Assembly: GCA_043228905.1 (NCBI GenBank)
Contig: JBHGNT010000022.1
Span: forward strand, 1,364,001 to 1,428,000
Direction: 5' to 3'
Length of the DNA stretch: 64,000 bases
From: Azolla caroliniana
Lineage: Eukaryota; Plantae; Polypodiophyta
In this document: one piece after another, positions 26,101-36,879 of the stretch
Numbering within the stretch: position 1 is the stretch's first letter
Layout: the number at the start of each line of letters is the position of its first letter
Notes under the pieces: model-generated
The model's database searches: none
Told to the model about the DNA's origin: nothing
What the model saw: the letters and a program-made list of their open reading frames with translations, nothing else
Position numbers and translations under genes: made by a program

Positions 26101-28698
26101 GATAAGCCCACACCTTTCGAGTCGAATCGTCAATAAAACTGACGAAGTAAGAGGCACCGCCGAGAGACTGATGCGGCATTGGGCCACAGACGTCCGAGTG
26201 GACCAAATCGAGAGGTCTCGTTTCTCTTGGTGCTGATGTCGGGTGTGATGCGGCTGCTTGTTTGCCATACTGGCAATGCTCGCAGAATTGATGGTCGGAG
26301 AAGGAGAGTTTAGGGATGTATCCGGCTCTAGATAGATGCGTAATGCCGGCCTTGATGAGGTGTCCTAATCTTCTGTGCCATAGTGATGACACAGGAATAT
26401 CCACCAAAAACAGGTTACCCTCTCTGAGCGTAACATGTAACGGATACAGTGAGTGTATCTTGGGTCCTCTAGCAAGTAGGAGGTTCCCCCTGTGGAGTGT
26501 CCACCCTCCCGAAGAAAAACCGGCACGAATGCCGTCTTCATCTAGTTGTCCGACTGAGATCAATGGCCTTGAGAGCTCAGGTACATGTTGGACATTGTGA
26601 AGTACAAGTGTAGAGCCACCTGCAAGGTTGAGCTCTACTGTGCCGATTCCAATGATGTCACAGTGTTGCGAGTTACCGACTCGAACTGAGTCGGAGTGAC
26701 GGATCGTATATTGCCGAAATTGGGATCGATGAGGAGTCATGTGAAATGACGCGCCCGAATCTAAGAGCCATGTGCTCGATTCTTCAGTCGTGAGCAGAAC
26801 TTCTGATCCGACTGGATTTTCGATTGATAGTATATTCGGGTCGTTTGGTAGCACATCAGCTGAGAAGCTGACGTAATTGATCTCCTCATGCCGACCACTC
26901 TTCTTGTCTGATCTCTGAGACTTGTCGTTCTTGTTCTTGAGTGCGCGGCAGTCGGCTTTGATGTGTCCGGGTTTCTTGCAATAGTTGCAGATTCGATTAT
27001 CCCGTGACTGGCTCCGTCTTCGCTGATTGTTCGGCGGCCGTGAGGAATCTCTTCCTCGTATGGTCGATCGGTCTGTCGAACCTTGTACTATGTAAGCGTC
27101 GTCTGTTGAGTCTTTGGCGAAAGACTTTCTCCGAGCTGCTTCGGTCAGGATTGCGCTCGTGACTTCGGAGTATTTAACAGCCGTGGTTGACGCGTTGCAC
27201 ATGGTTGTGACGAAAGTTTCCCATGATGAGGGAAGGCTGCTCATGAGTATCATTGCTCTGAGTTCATCCTCGATTGCCGTCCCCTGTGACGAGATTTGGG
27301 AGCTTATGCTTTCGTACTCATTGAGATGTGCTTGAACCGAATCGGATTCTTTCATCCGCAAGTTGTAGAGGCGCCGGATCAGAAACATCTTCGTTGCAGC
27401 GACCTTCTTTTCGTAGGTGTCCGACAGTGTTTTCCACAGTTCGAATGCTGTCGTACACGATTGCACCGTAAAGTATACCGATTCCGATAGGTGCATCCGA
27501 ATCGTGGCGCGGACGATTCTGTCCAGCTTCTGCCACTCAATTGGTTTGTATCCTTCTGGAGGTTCTTCATTTTCGATGGGATCGATTTGCCCCTTGACTA
27601 TGACATAGTCTTGCATTTGCTCCTTCCAGAAGTTGAAGTTCGATCCATCGAACTTTCGTAGACTCATTTCTGACGAGCCGGATGTTGATGCCATCAAATT
27701 TGGTTTCGGTTGACGAAGCTCGGTTCGGAGTTGACTACGAACCTTGTTGGAGTGCAGCCGGTTGGCTCACCCGATATCGTTCTAGTCGGATTTGAACCCG
27801 AGTCGGTTCGGCTTCGGATATATGTATTGTTAAACTTGCTCGAATTGACTCCGGTAACTTGAGGGACAGAACCGACTGGTCTTCCCGAATGTTGCCGAGT
27901 CGGAGTGAGCCCGGTTCGCTTCCGAATATATATATGCCAAATACCGATTATTGAAACCGATTGTCTGGACCGATTCTGCTTCGGGTGACTGCAGCGACGA
28001 GAGAGACGGATCCAACTGATCCTCCCGAATGTCGATCAGCCGGATGAAGCACGAATTGGGGTTGTTGTCTTGAGACTGATCTGCACCGAGTGGTTACAAT
28101 GAGCGGCGAGCAGCGTTTGATGACCTCTTCGGATGCCGTTTAACCGAGTGGAGCACGATCGTGTCAATGTTGCACAAGGGGATTTCACCTCGAGCGGTTA
28201 CGATCACAAGGAACAGAGTACAACCGGCTGGCTTACTCCAAGAGAAGATGATCTAACGCGATGAGATGCAAGCCTCGTTTTTCTTCTTCTTCTCTCTTCT
28301 TCGAATGACGCAGGAAACCGAATGCTGTGCAGGCTGAGACGACGGCCGACAGCGAGTTGAAGGACCGAATACTGTGCAGGCTCTAATACCAGATGTTGGG
28401 GACAAAGGCTGTGTCGATGCGGAAGATCAAATAGCATTCGATTGGAGTTGAGTACCTGCGTATGACAGTTTGCAAGATCGTGCACAGAGAGAGAGAGAGA
28501 GACACACACACACACACAAAAGACTCTTTATTCAATAGAAAAGAATAATACAACCAACCTTACAAAAAGGTTACAAGGTCACTTTATATAGTGACCGACT
28601 TAGGGCAACTACCATTTATGCTAATTACACAAATGGCCCAAACTTGATCTATACAAAGAGATAGTGTGAATACGTCCATTATACACTTGTATTCGACA
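23174..28698 (-). mobile_element. Intact young Ty1/copia B1 (Tnt1/Tork-like)
   Basis: 305-bp LTRs 23174-23478 and 28394-28698 nearly identical, TSD CATCA, PBS 28380-28391 (one mismatch), PPT 23479-23490. Confidence 0.98.
23672..27697 (-). CDS. Copia gag-pol polyprotein, 1341 aa
   Basis: CCHC knuckle CNYCKKPGHIKADC, PR WLLDSGAS, INT HHCC and DDE, RT YVDD, RH DSDFAG..KHIDVRYHF; uninterrupted ORF. Confidence 0.97.
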   Translation of the reverse strand: MMASTSGSSEMSLRKFDGSNFNFWKEQMQDYVIVKGQIDPIENEEPPEGYKPIEWQKLDRIVRATIRMHLSESVYFTVQSCTTAFELWKTLSDTYEKKVAATKMFLIRRLYNLRMKESDSVQAHLNEYESISSQISSQGTAIEDELRAMILMSSLPSSWETFVTTMCNASTTAVKYSEVTSAILTEAARRKSFAKDSTDDAYIVQGSTDRSTIRGRDSSRPPNNQRRRSQSRDNRICNYCKKPGHIKADCRALKNKNDKSQRSDKKSGRHEEINYVSFSADVLPNDPNILSIENPVGSEVLLTTEESSTWLLDSGASFHMTPHRSQFRQYTIRHSDSVRVGNSQHCDIIGIGTVELNLAGGSTLVLHNVQHVPELSRPLISVGQLDEDGIRAGFSSGGWTLHRGNLLLARGPKIHSLYPLHVTLREGNLFLVDIPVSSLWHRRLGHLIKAGITHLSRAGYIPKLSFSDHQFCEHCQYGKQAAASHPTSAPRETRPLDLVHSDVCGPMPHQSLGGASYFVSFIDDSTRKVWAYPIRTKDRVFSIFSDWLAMVENQTDRKLKCFRTDNGGEFKSEEFVKFCGQRGIRREFTAPHSPEQNGIAERMNRTIQERIVSMLQHSGLSDGFWAEALLTAVHIINMSPSRPLGLQIPQELWIGSKPNYDKLRIFGCEAYALIPKDDRRKLAPRTRKCIFLGYGSDGEMGYRLWDPERRQIVRSSDVVFNESAMNPSVKTPIEVRRVTFSDVPTLQEGPALNTRSASRVAEPYTTDSDNSDSAQQLSDHPTSIPDATSPIIPRRSERLSQPPERYSPGIFFTDAGEPTSYEEASTSVDSATWHLAMESEMHSIRANKTWDLVELPRNRRALPCKWVYRLKETSDSTTPKYKARLVAKGFRQEYGVDFDEIFSPVVKMTTLRFLLGVVAADNLELIQLDVKTTFLHGDLEEEIYMEQPKGFVVTSQEHLVCQLRKSLYGLKQAPRQWYKKFDDFIQSIGFSKSDEDHCFFTNTAQDGSPIFLIIYVDDMLISGRHAGELADLIRQLRLKFAMKDLGPARHILGMKISRHRDQRNLFLSQTDYIGRVLERFNMQSAKSASTPLPMNLRLSQRDCPTSGPEGEDMKSVPYAPAVGSLMYLMVATRPDISHAVGVVSRFMHNPGRSHWNAVKHVFKYLAGTKDHGILFGPNSTSGVVGYIDSDFAGCIDSRKSTTGYCFKFGNGAISWKSKLQECTATSTTEAEYVAASDAAKEALWLGRLAHTFRQVDHDSAPVVYSDSQGAVALSKNPVHHNASKHIDVRYHFVRDCVISGKIGLEKISTTDNVADGMTKCLSADRFRSLRHQMGVMTNQSG

Positions 28699-29578
28699 CA
28701 TCAATTACTACTACAGAGGCTAGGCAAGGAAGTTTTCTTAAGGATATCTGATGAGCTTGGGCAAAATTCTTATCCATGAAGCAAGAATTAGCTCTGGAAT
28801 CTAGGAGTGCTAAGACAAGTACTTGAGGAGTACTTTTAGTACTAATTGTTACTTGAGCTACGAAGACATTGCTCACTTACTTAGAGGGAATGGAACCACT
28901 AATGGGGTGCACAGATCTAGGGTTGTCCAACTAAATGACTCCTATTTTGGTTGGACTTAGTTGTTTAACTCTTTTTCTAATTGACTAAGGACTTCAAATT
29001 TGTTCAATAGACTTGGGCTATTAGTACTATTAGGACTATCAGAAACTCCTAATGAAATAGACTCGTGTTTAGTACAAGCTACTATTTGATTTACCTATCT
29101 TCTTGTCCTATGTGGATAGTTTTCTATGATATGCCCTAGCCCTCGGCAATAAAGACATAATCGATTTGCTCGGTGTCATTGCTTTTCTTCTTCCGACAAT
29201 GGTCCATGATGACGTGTGGTGTCAATTTCCATAGGGGTTGGAGTATTTGTTGGAGATGCATTGTATGACTCCCTTGTAAATGGTTTTGCTGCGACCTGGT
29301 CCTTGGTATTTGTAACTAGCGTTCCGAACGACGTTCGAAAAGCCGGTTATCACATCGTACCACTCGATTGATTGCCTCTGTGAGCAATTTTGGTTCTTCA
29401 AGGAAAGTCAGGAGTAAGTCCTTGACATCATTTTGTAGATGTATCAACAATGTTCTATGGTCTTGGTCATATTTGAACTTGAGACCTTGAGAACAAATAC
29501 ATTAAACACTTGAGCTAACCAAATGGTTTGCTTCTTTTGAATGTTTAATCGCTCTCGCTTTGAATTTACATGTGTATG

Positions 29579-29633
29579 GGATTTAAACCTGCGACATCTT
29601 GTACCGAAAATAAACGCGTTACCGAACTGCGCT
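29579..29633 (-). pseudogene. tRNA-Pro-derived fragment resembling plastid trnP-UGG, without acceptor stem
   Basis: Minus strand AGCGCAGTTCGGTAACGCGTTTATTTTCGGTACAAGATGTCGCAGGTTTAAATCC; roughly 46/55 matches to plastid trnP recalled from memory. Confidence 0.6.
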
Positions 29634-30214
29634 TATGAGAGATATGCGAAGGCATTTGCCCATATATGTTTTTTTTTAATGAAAACATATATGTTTTCCC
29701 CCTCGTTTAGTACAAAACTATGTTGGTATGTTACCCAACCTCAAGGCTCATCATTACAACGACATACCCCAAAGTGCAACCTAATGGTCAAATCATATGA
29801 GCCCTCTTTTCGTAGTAGGCCCACGTGGCCCATCACATGGTTACATCATTACGAATGCCTTTTTAATGATGACCTCATGGTGGCATCGTAACCATGTAAC
29901 GAGGGAGGGATGTTCGATGCGTGTGTTATAGGGACGACCTCACTTAAAGTGGGTCAAGCCCTACGCTCTCAACATCATTGTGGCTATGATCGTTTCGTTA
30001 TAACGCATAGTAAGATCGAAGTGACCAACGGGGATGACAACAAAAATTTGTTGAAAAAAATGATGGTGACTATGCCATTCTCACAAAAATGTGAGGATGG
30101 CCACCAAGATCCTTTTCCCGAAAAGGACAACATTCCACATACACAATCACATAATAAAAACAAATATATATTTATGTTTATCACATGTAATAAAGAGGGG
30201 GGAGTATGTTACGG

Positions 30215-31773
30215 TGTCGTGTGAATCTTCACACACTATGTAAAAAAATAATGAAATAATAATTATAGATTAGATTAGTAGCTTACTATAGAAAGATGGA
30301 TATACTCAAGAGCTTCAAAATGTATTTTACTATATACAAAATGGAGAAATACATGTCAAGTTATGAGAAAATAAAGTTTGATTAGATAGGGAAATTAGAA
30401 CTATCCCACATAGATAGGAAAGTTAAGGCCCTGGCTATATAAACACCTTGAGCTCCCTCATTTTTCATTTGTGCTAAGAGCACTTTGGCCACTTTGTCTT
30501 GATGGATGATGGTGGCCAAATTCTCTAAAACTAGAAACCAGCCGATAAGCAAATCCGGAAATCGGGTCCGGTAGGCAAATTCGGAAACCGGTCGGTAAGC
30601 AAATCCGGAAACTGGCCGGTATGCAATTTGGAAACCGGCTGGTATGCAATCCGGAAACTGGCCGGCATGCAAAACCGGAACCGGCCGGCAAGCAAACCGG
30701 AACCGGAACTGGCCGGCAAGCAAAATCGGAACCGGAACGGGTATGCAAACTGGAAACCGGCCGGTAAGCAAAACCGAAACCGGCTGGCAAGCAAAATCGG
30801 AAACCGGCCGGTAAACAAAACTGGAACCGGCCGGCAAGCAAAACTGAAACCGAAACCGGCAAGCAAATCGGAACCGGCCGGTAAGCAAAACCGGAACCGG
30901 AACCGGCAAGCAAACCGGAATCGGCCGGTAAGCAAAACTGGAACTGGAACCGGCAAGCAAACCGGAACTGGAACCGGTAAGCAAACCGGAACCGGCCGGC
31001 AAGCAAAACCGGAACCGGAACCGGCAAGCAAACCGGAACCGGCCGTCAAGCAAAATCGGAACCGGAACCGACCGGCAAGCGAAATGGAACCGGCTACCGG
31101 ACGAGGTTGGACGCAGACGGACGAAAGATTGGATCATGCAACAAACTAAAGTAAAGTGAAGAGAACTAAAGTAAAGGCCATGTGGATGCAAGCAACTAAA
31201 GAAGGAGTGCATGGAAAAAGTAAAGGTCATGTGGACAGTCACATGCAACCAAAAGAAAAAGCTAGGCAACTAAAAGTAGAGGCCATGCAACAAAAAGTGG
31301 AAAGGCTATGATCAAGGGAGAACTCCATATTTATTCCATTTTTTTTCCTACACTAGGACTCACTCTCCATATTATCTAAATTTTTTTTCTTTTGTTGGGG
31401 AGCTCTCTTATCTTATCGAAGCCAATAACCCTAATCTTCCCTACGGAAGCTATCTCTCAAGTAAACCATAATTTCCATACGGAAGCAATCTCTCAAAATC
31501 CAAAATTCCTTGTCAAAGCCATATCACTCAAGAATCATAATCTCTTATTTCCTCTAATCTATTATTCTAATCATCTCCATAAGATAAAACTTTTGTAATC
31601 CCAATCTTGGGATTGATTGTAATCTTTCTTTCCCTTTTATTAATGTAATTTGTTAATCTTTCTCATTTCGGTTAAAATTCTTAGTATATAAATACACGAA
31701 TTTGATATCCTCTGGACAAAGGCCCCGGGGTCTTGCCTCAATGTTCACATATCCTCGTCGTATTTTCGCGACA
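30215..31773 (+). mobile_element. Solo LTR K, TGTCG..CGACA group
   Basis: Start resembles 4846 and 18155; ends CGCGACA; flanks ACGG/ATGA. Confidence 0.8.
30535..31100. repeat. Minisatellite of AACCGG and GCAAGCAAA words inside K
   Basis: Dozens of AACCGG(A/C) and GCAAGCAAA units in irregular order. Confidence 0.92.
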
Positions 31774-31852
31774 ATGAGCAGGACCATATAATATCCCGTG
31801 GTGAGAATGTACCGTAGTATTCTATACACCTGGATAAGGTGTGAGGGTTAAA

Positions 31853-32244
31853 CGAGAGAGAAAGAAGGGTGTTGATCCACCCGACCACCCCTAAGCGAAG
31901 GGATCAAGAAGAACTCGAGCCTCTATCGGCATCCCATACCACCGGTGTGGCGTCAAGTTGTACCTGGTGTTGGGGCACTCGCTACAAGAGTTGACCGACC
32001 ACAATGTCAGAGTCTCGATGTAGTCGATAATGTGTCAAATGAGGGTAGCTATGCCTGATATTTATAACCAAACCTAAGGCCCCTAGGCAAGTCACACTTG
32101 GCCTAATGGGTTGTCTCAATCCCGAGGATTAAAATTAATCCTCCCCTTCTTTACACTCTCATTTAACCCTCACACTTTGTCCACGTGTATAGAATACTAC
32201 GGTACATTCTCACCACGGGATATTATATGGTCATGTCCATAACA
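31853..32244 (-). repeat. Inverted, 3'-truncated 5' LTR of gypsy X
   Basis: Reverse complement of 43764-44150; its outer flank GCTAT matches CCTAT at 42304 and 44218 (4/5). Confidence 0.85.
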
Positions 32245-34504
32245 ATAGCGCTTGCGCACAATGAGTTTGTTGAAACCCTAGTAGTCGATGCATAAGCCTA
32301 GAGAGTCGTCCTTCTTCTTCATGAATAATATGGGGGCCCTGACCAACGACTTAGAAGGTTGAATAAATTCTTTGTCAAGGTTCTTATCGAGATACACACG
32401 AAGGGCCTTCCACTCTGGTGCAAACAACACATATAGAGGACAAAAGGGTGGACACACACCTTCTTGAATATCAATCGGATAATCGTAGAGCCGGTGTTTG
32501 GGCAAACAATCTGCATTACATTTCTCAAATACATCGGAGAAGTCTTTGTATTTGTCGGGAATAACGTGGAGTGTGTTAGAAACGGCACCACAAATGACCC
32601 CATCCTGGACCGAGGGTGGGGTGGCCGAGTCGGAAGCGACCTTGTCCGAAGGATGTGAAACTGAATTGACCTTCATAATTTTGCGCGAGCATCCTGGCTC
32701 GCTAAATGTGATCAAGAGATTGCACCAATCCACTATGGGATTGTGCGCCTTCAACCATGTTAGTGCTAAGACGATCGGTCGTCGAGGAGATGGGATGAGG
32801 TAAAAGGGGAGCTCCTCCTAGTGTGAGCCCACATGAAGCCGTAATGGGATCGTAGTTTGAGTAATTGCTTCTCACGAGAGGACGCGGTCGTCAATGGCTT
32901 CAACGGGAATGGGTTTTGAGAAGCAAACGACGGGTACACCAAGTGCTTGGGTAAACATGACATCAATGAAGCAGGAAGATGCCCCAGAATCAAGTAAAGC
33001 GACAAACTGAATGGAAATGGAATTAAAAGAAAGCCATACCTCCAATGTCAAATTGCCTAATGGTCCAACAATGGAACCAATAGAATGTGGGTGACTAGAG
33101 ACGTCCAACTGCATGGCTCCTACTGCAACCGAACGATATCATTTTCTAGATGTTGGGGTGCGTTAGCTTGATGGAATTGAGGGTGATTAGTCCCAGGACA
33201 ATGGCGAAGGAGATAACCCCAAGCACCACAATACATGCATAAGCCATTAGCTCGCCGATATTGTCGTTCAACATCCTTCAATGGCCGAAATCGGGCTTGA
33301 TCAATTTCCATGGGGATTGCAGCATCTGCCAAAGTAGGGGAGCGTGACACAATCGGTAGGAATGATACTTGGGGATGTACTGCCGGGGCGTGTCGTGGAA
33401 GGGAATGAGTCCCCTATGTCTCGCGCTCTTGGTGGCGAAATTCAAAAACATGATTGTCACAATGGACTGCTTGTGAGATCGCTTGGGATAAAGAGGTGGG
33501 CTCGGGAAATTTCAAGAGAAGGCCCCGCCAAAAATGATCAACTAAAGCTGGATCATCCCAGTTGACGTCACATGCTAGTTGTCAGAATTTTGAGGCATAG
33601 ACAAAAGCTGCATGAGAACCTTGTTCGAGGGCATAAAGCTTGGTGAGAGTTGTACGTCGCCAGTCTGTCTCTCCAAATATGGCTTCTAACTTGGAGAGGA
33701 AGGCGGGAAAGTCCTCCAATAGAGGTGAAGAAGTTTCTGATAATGGTGCAAACCAAGCTTGGGCCGGACCAGAGAGGAGGGTGCCCACAAGGCCGACTTG
33801 TCGAAGATGAACTACATACCGTTGAGGTTGTAGCAGAATGATAAGACGAATCTGGTTGATGAACCCCTGAAAACGTGACCTCGTTCCATCAAAATTTTCT
33901 AGGATGCTAACCTTAGGCTCAAGAAAATGAGAAGAATATAGGTTAAATGTTTGTGGAAGGTTGGGCTCCGAGCTAGGTTGCGGTGGGAGACTAGGCTTCG
34001 CGGGCTGTGAGTATAGAGAGGCACCTACTTGAAGTTGTCATAAAGAATCCCGAAGAGCTACATTTTCAAGCTGGACTTGTTGTAAGTCAATGGTTGGGTC
34101 GGACATAGCTACGACCAATGAGAGGGAGAGCTACGAGAATAGAAGGTGAACAGATTGTCAAGGATAGATCATAAGCTCAAGAGACTTGAAAGAAGATAAC
34201 CAAATGGATGAGTGGTATTAACTGAAAGACTCCATAACTGGTGTTGTTCACCTTCAATTCCTTCAAGGTGAACTCAACTATTTATACTAAGCGGCATGCA
34301 TACCTGTTGCACGCATGTGATACAATAGAGCATGTAGGTACGCATGCATGTGACAAGTGTAAATAATACATGGGAGCAACTATGCACATGATGCTAGCTA
34401 AAAACTACAAGGAGCAATTATACATATGATTGTATACTAGATATATTGGTTAACACATAACACTTGATTATAACATGGTCTTGTCAAGAGTTAGAATCTT
34501 GACA
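32245..34504 (-). mobile_element. Tcn1/Tf1-like G1, 5' part, inverted: LTR 34156-34504, gag, PR, start of RT
   Basis: LLSGPAQAWF, PMEID..GLCMYCG, ALLDSGASSCF, KKKDDSLGLCIDY; LTR is the reverse complement of 63224-63572. Confidence 0.92.
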
Positions 34505-34695
34505 GCTATTGGCAATCACTATTTAGCTATTACCAGTAGCTAGTTAGCTATGGTCATATTCTAAGATAGCTAATTAGCTATTGTGGTAGCTAATTAGCTA
34601 ATAATAGCTAAGTTTACTATTGGTAGTAGCTATTTATCTATTACTAGTAGCTAGTTAGCTATGGTCATATTTTGAGGTAGCTAATTAGCTAACTA
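34505..34695 (-). repeat. TAGCTA-rich satellite, same as 63573-64000 but inverted
   Basis: AGCTAATTAGCT and TAGCTAT repeats. Confidence 0.9.
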
Positions 34696-35441
34696 AGCTC
34701 AAAAATCAAAACAAATGTTGAGATAAATATAAATACTTGAGGTACATCAAGAAGATGAATGGGATGCACGTCGTATTGACTCCTTCCAACACGTTTGCTA
34801 CATAAATCCTTCTTATTGGGTGAAACACTACTCTCATTAGTCCAAAATATGGTGATTATATCCTTGATTTCTGATATTGTGGGTGTCATTGGCTTACATC
34901 TTGTTGTTAGCTTTAGGAGACTAGTTCCTTCACCACTTGGAATTATCCGGTTCATTGTATTGTACACTATTTTTCTACTAACACCAATTACCTTAGATAG
35001 CACACTGATGTTAAGATCGTCAACATCACTATTAAGTAACATCATTAGACTAGACTGTTTTAAGACAAGATCATCTTCTGAATTGCTCATGGATACGAAA
35101 CTATTACGAAAATTATTTACTAGTACAGATGTTATGTTTGCATTAAGACAATCAAAATGAACTAACTCCTTTACCGATTGATCATTTAATATTCCATAAA
35201 GTACTACCTTCTTGTCTTTATTACTGGTGTGCTTGGTTTGAACATTGACATAGTCGACAACCTTTGTCTCTATGATAGTAGTCTCATTACTTCCATTCTT
35301 AGTGGTATTCAGACCTATATAGCAACCAATACTATCCTTACCTTTAGTGAATGTGGCTTTTGTATCCTTCAGCAATTGACAATGTTTCCTTCTTTTTTGC
35401 CGAATACTTTTGTATTGCTTGTTGTGTCTTGATAACGTCAT
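34689..35441 (-). CDS. 250-aa ORF/exon of unknown protein, possibly DNA-transposase-related
   Basis: Long ORF in AT-rich DNA; HTH-like ISVLSKVIGVSRKIV; FWTNESSVSPNKKD motif; probable GT donor after PQ near 34736. Confidence 0.45.
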   Translation of the reverse strand: MTLSRHNKQYKSIRQKRRKHCQLLKDTKATFTKGKDSIGCYIGLNTTKNGSNETTIIETKVVDYVNVQTKHTSNKDKKVVLYGILNDQSVKELVHFDCLNANITSVLVNNFRNSFVSMSNSEDDLVLKQSSLMMLLNSDVDDLNISVLSKVIGVSRKIVYNTMNRIIPSGEGTSLLKLTTRCKPMTPTISEIKDIITIFWTNESSVSPNKKDLCSKRVGRSQYDVHPIHLLDVPQVFIFISTFVLIFELS

Positions 35442-35736
35442 CCATATCTTGATGATCCATGAGGGGTATTGGTAAACACCCTCCTTCCCCTTCCATTTGT
35501 CTCGACATATTCCTTAGTAAAATTCCACAATAAAAAGACATGCAGCTAGTTACTAAACCACATGCAAACCAGTTATTCACAAGAGTGATCCCACCATTGG
35601 TAGGTTTATGTTTGTTGCAATGGAGTGAAAGCTACTCAACCACCGTCGGGAACAAGCTAAGATGACTATGGGCAACAACAATACACAAAATTATTCTCCA
35701 ATACACAAGATAATCAACAAACAGAACCATTATTGT

Positions 35737-36480
35737 TGTCATGATATAGCATGGTATGGCTTCAAAAGGATTTGAACCCACGACCTTGTGTCACATGGGT
35801 TGAAACCCTAGCTTTAAGTTATATATTGTAATACGAAAAATATTATTTCCATTTATTATTTCACTTAGGAAATCCATGTATAATCTAGATTTCTCTGGAA
35901 CATTCTAGAAATGTCAAAAGTACTCCTAAGCATACTACATGGCATTATTGAGAACCAATTTGGTTCAACGCCAGTCTTAAGCCTCCTAGTTGTTCTTGTA
36001 TCTTTCTCCTTATAATATATATCTTCTATTGCTATCTTCTCTCTCTCTCTCATGAGTTCCACACTATCTTTTCCTCTGAAGTACTCATAGTACTCATCCT
36101 CCTCTACCTCTAGTACTAATTCCCTCTCCGTCTTTAGTACTATTCATGACAGTTTCAACCGAATTTCTATATCCCCTTACTCCTCCCTTCCTTCATACTA
36201 ATCCTCTTATCCATCTTTTCTCCAATACTATGGCAATTGTTAGCGCTCAAGAATACCAATCTGTTTTCTCGGAGTTGCAATGCCTGAAAGAAAAGTTTCT
36301 TGCATTGGAACAAGAAAATCAACAGTTGTTGGGGGATCTTCAACAAATCTCTTTAGAAAAGCAGCAAACGCAACAACAACATGGGGAGTTAGCATTACGC
36401 GTGCAACAAGTTGAAGCAACCATTGTAGCGTTGCAACAACAAGGACCAAGTACTCAAAGGATTCATAAAGAACCCAAGAT
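35737..36480 (+). mobile_element. Chromovirus G3 5' stub: LTR 35737-36151 and gag N-terminus
   Basis: TGTCATGA..TCATGACA; coiled-coil gag start ending at KEPKI; LTR start similar to G2 LTR. Confidence 0.7.
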
Positions 36481-36879
36481 ATAACACATCTTTAAAGTTT
36501 AGGTCTAAGTGCACTTCAGGGTCCTCGTAATAGGACTTAAAGAGCCGAAACCACATGGGTGGGCACAAAGACATAGTTTATTGTTAACATTTTTTCGTGT
36601 TTAAACTATTCATGATGCAAAAATACATGGTTGAGCCTCGGGGAACCGCCATGACAACAATCAATATGGAGATCAGGGAAAGTCTGACATTCATTTGTCA
36701 CCCCCATGGTTTTTAAAACACCTTTGTGTTACCATAGTAATCTGATCTTGAACCTCATCTCATACGTCTAGAGGGTTATTGACATGAGATCATGATATCA
36801 ATTAATGTTTGCCAATGATATGTTTACATCACGACATAATGTTAAGACTATTTCTCTAACCTTATCCTTTTTCTTTTCC

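Larger units (their letters stand above)
22751..29440 (-). mobile_element. Gypsy G4 remnant (gag end, protease, pre-RT linker); host of copia B1
   Basis: ALLDSRANSCF at 28679-28876; LPHHRPHDCPIDLQPG at 22752-22937; sequence rejoins across B1. Confidence 0.85.
30192..31855 (+). repeat. PPT and head of an X-family LTR (30207-30214 plus 31778-31855), interrupted by K
   Basis: AAAGAGGGGGGAGTA-TGTTACGG then GACCATATAATATCCCGTGGTGAG, as at 43750-43800. Confidence 0.8.

Noticed and set aside
29579-29633. Functional tRNA gene
   Set aside because: Acceptor stem missing and T-loop altered
30382-31269. 295-aa low-complexity ORF
   Set aside because: By-product of the AACCGG minisatellite
36152-36165. 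Self-priming site in G3
   Set aside because: Only a 9-nt complement at ~35798, not at a plausible TSS
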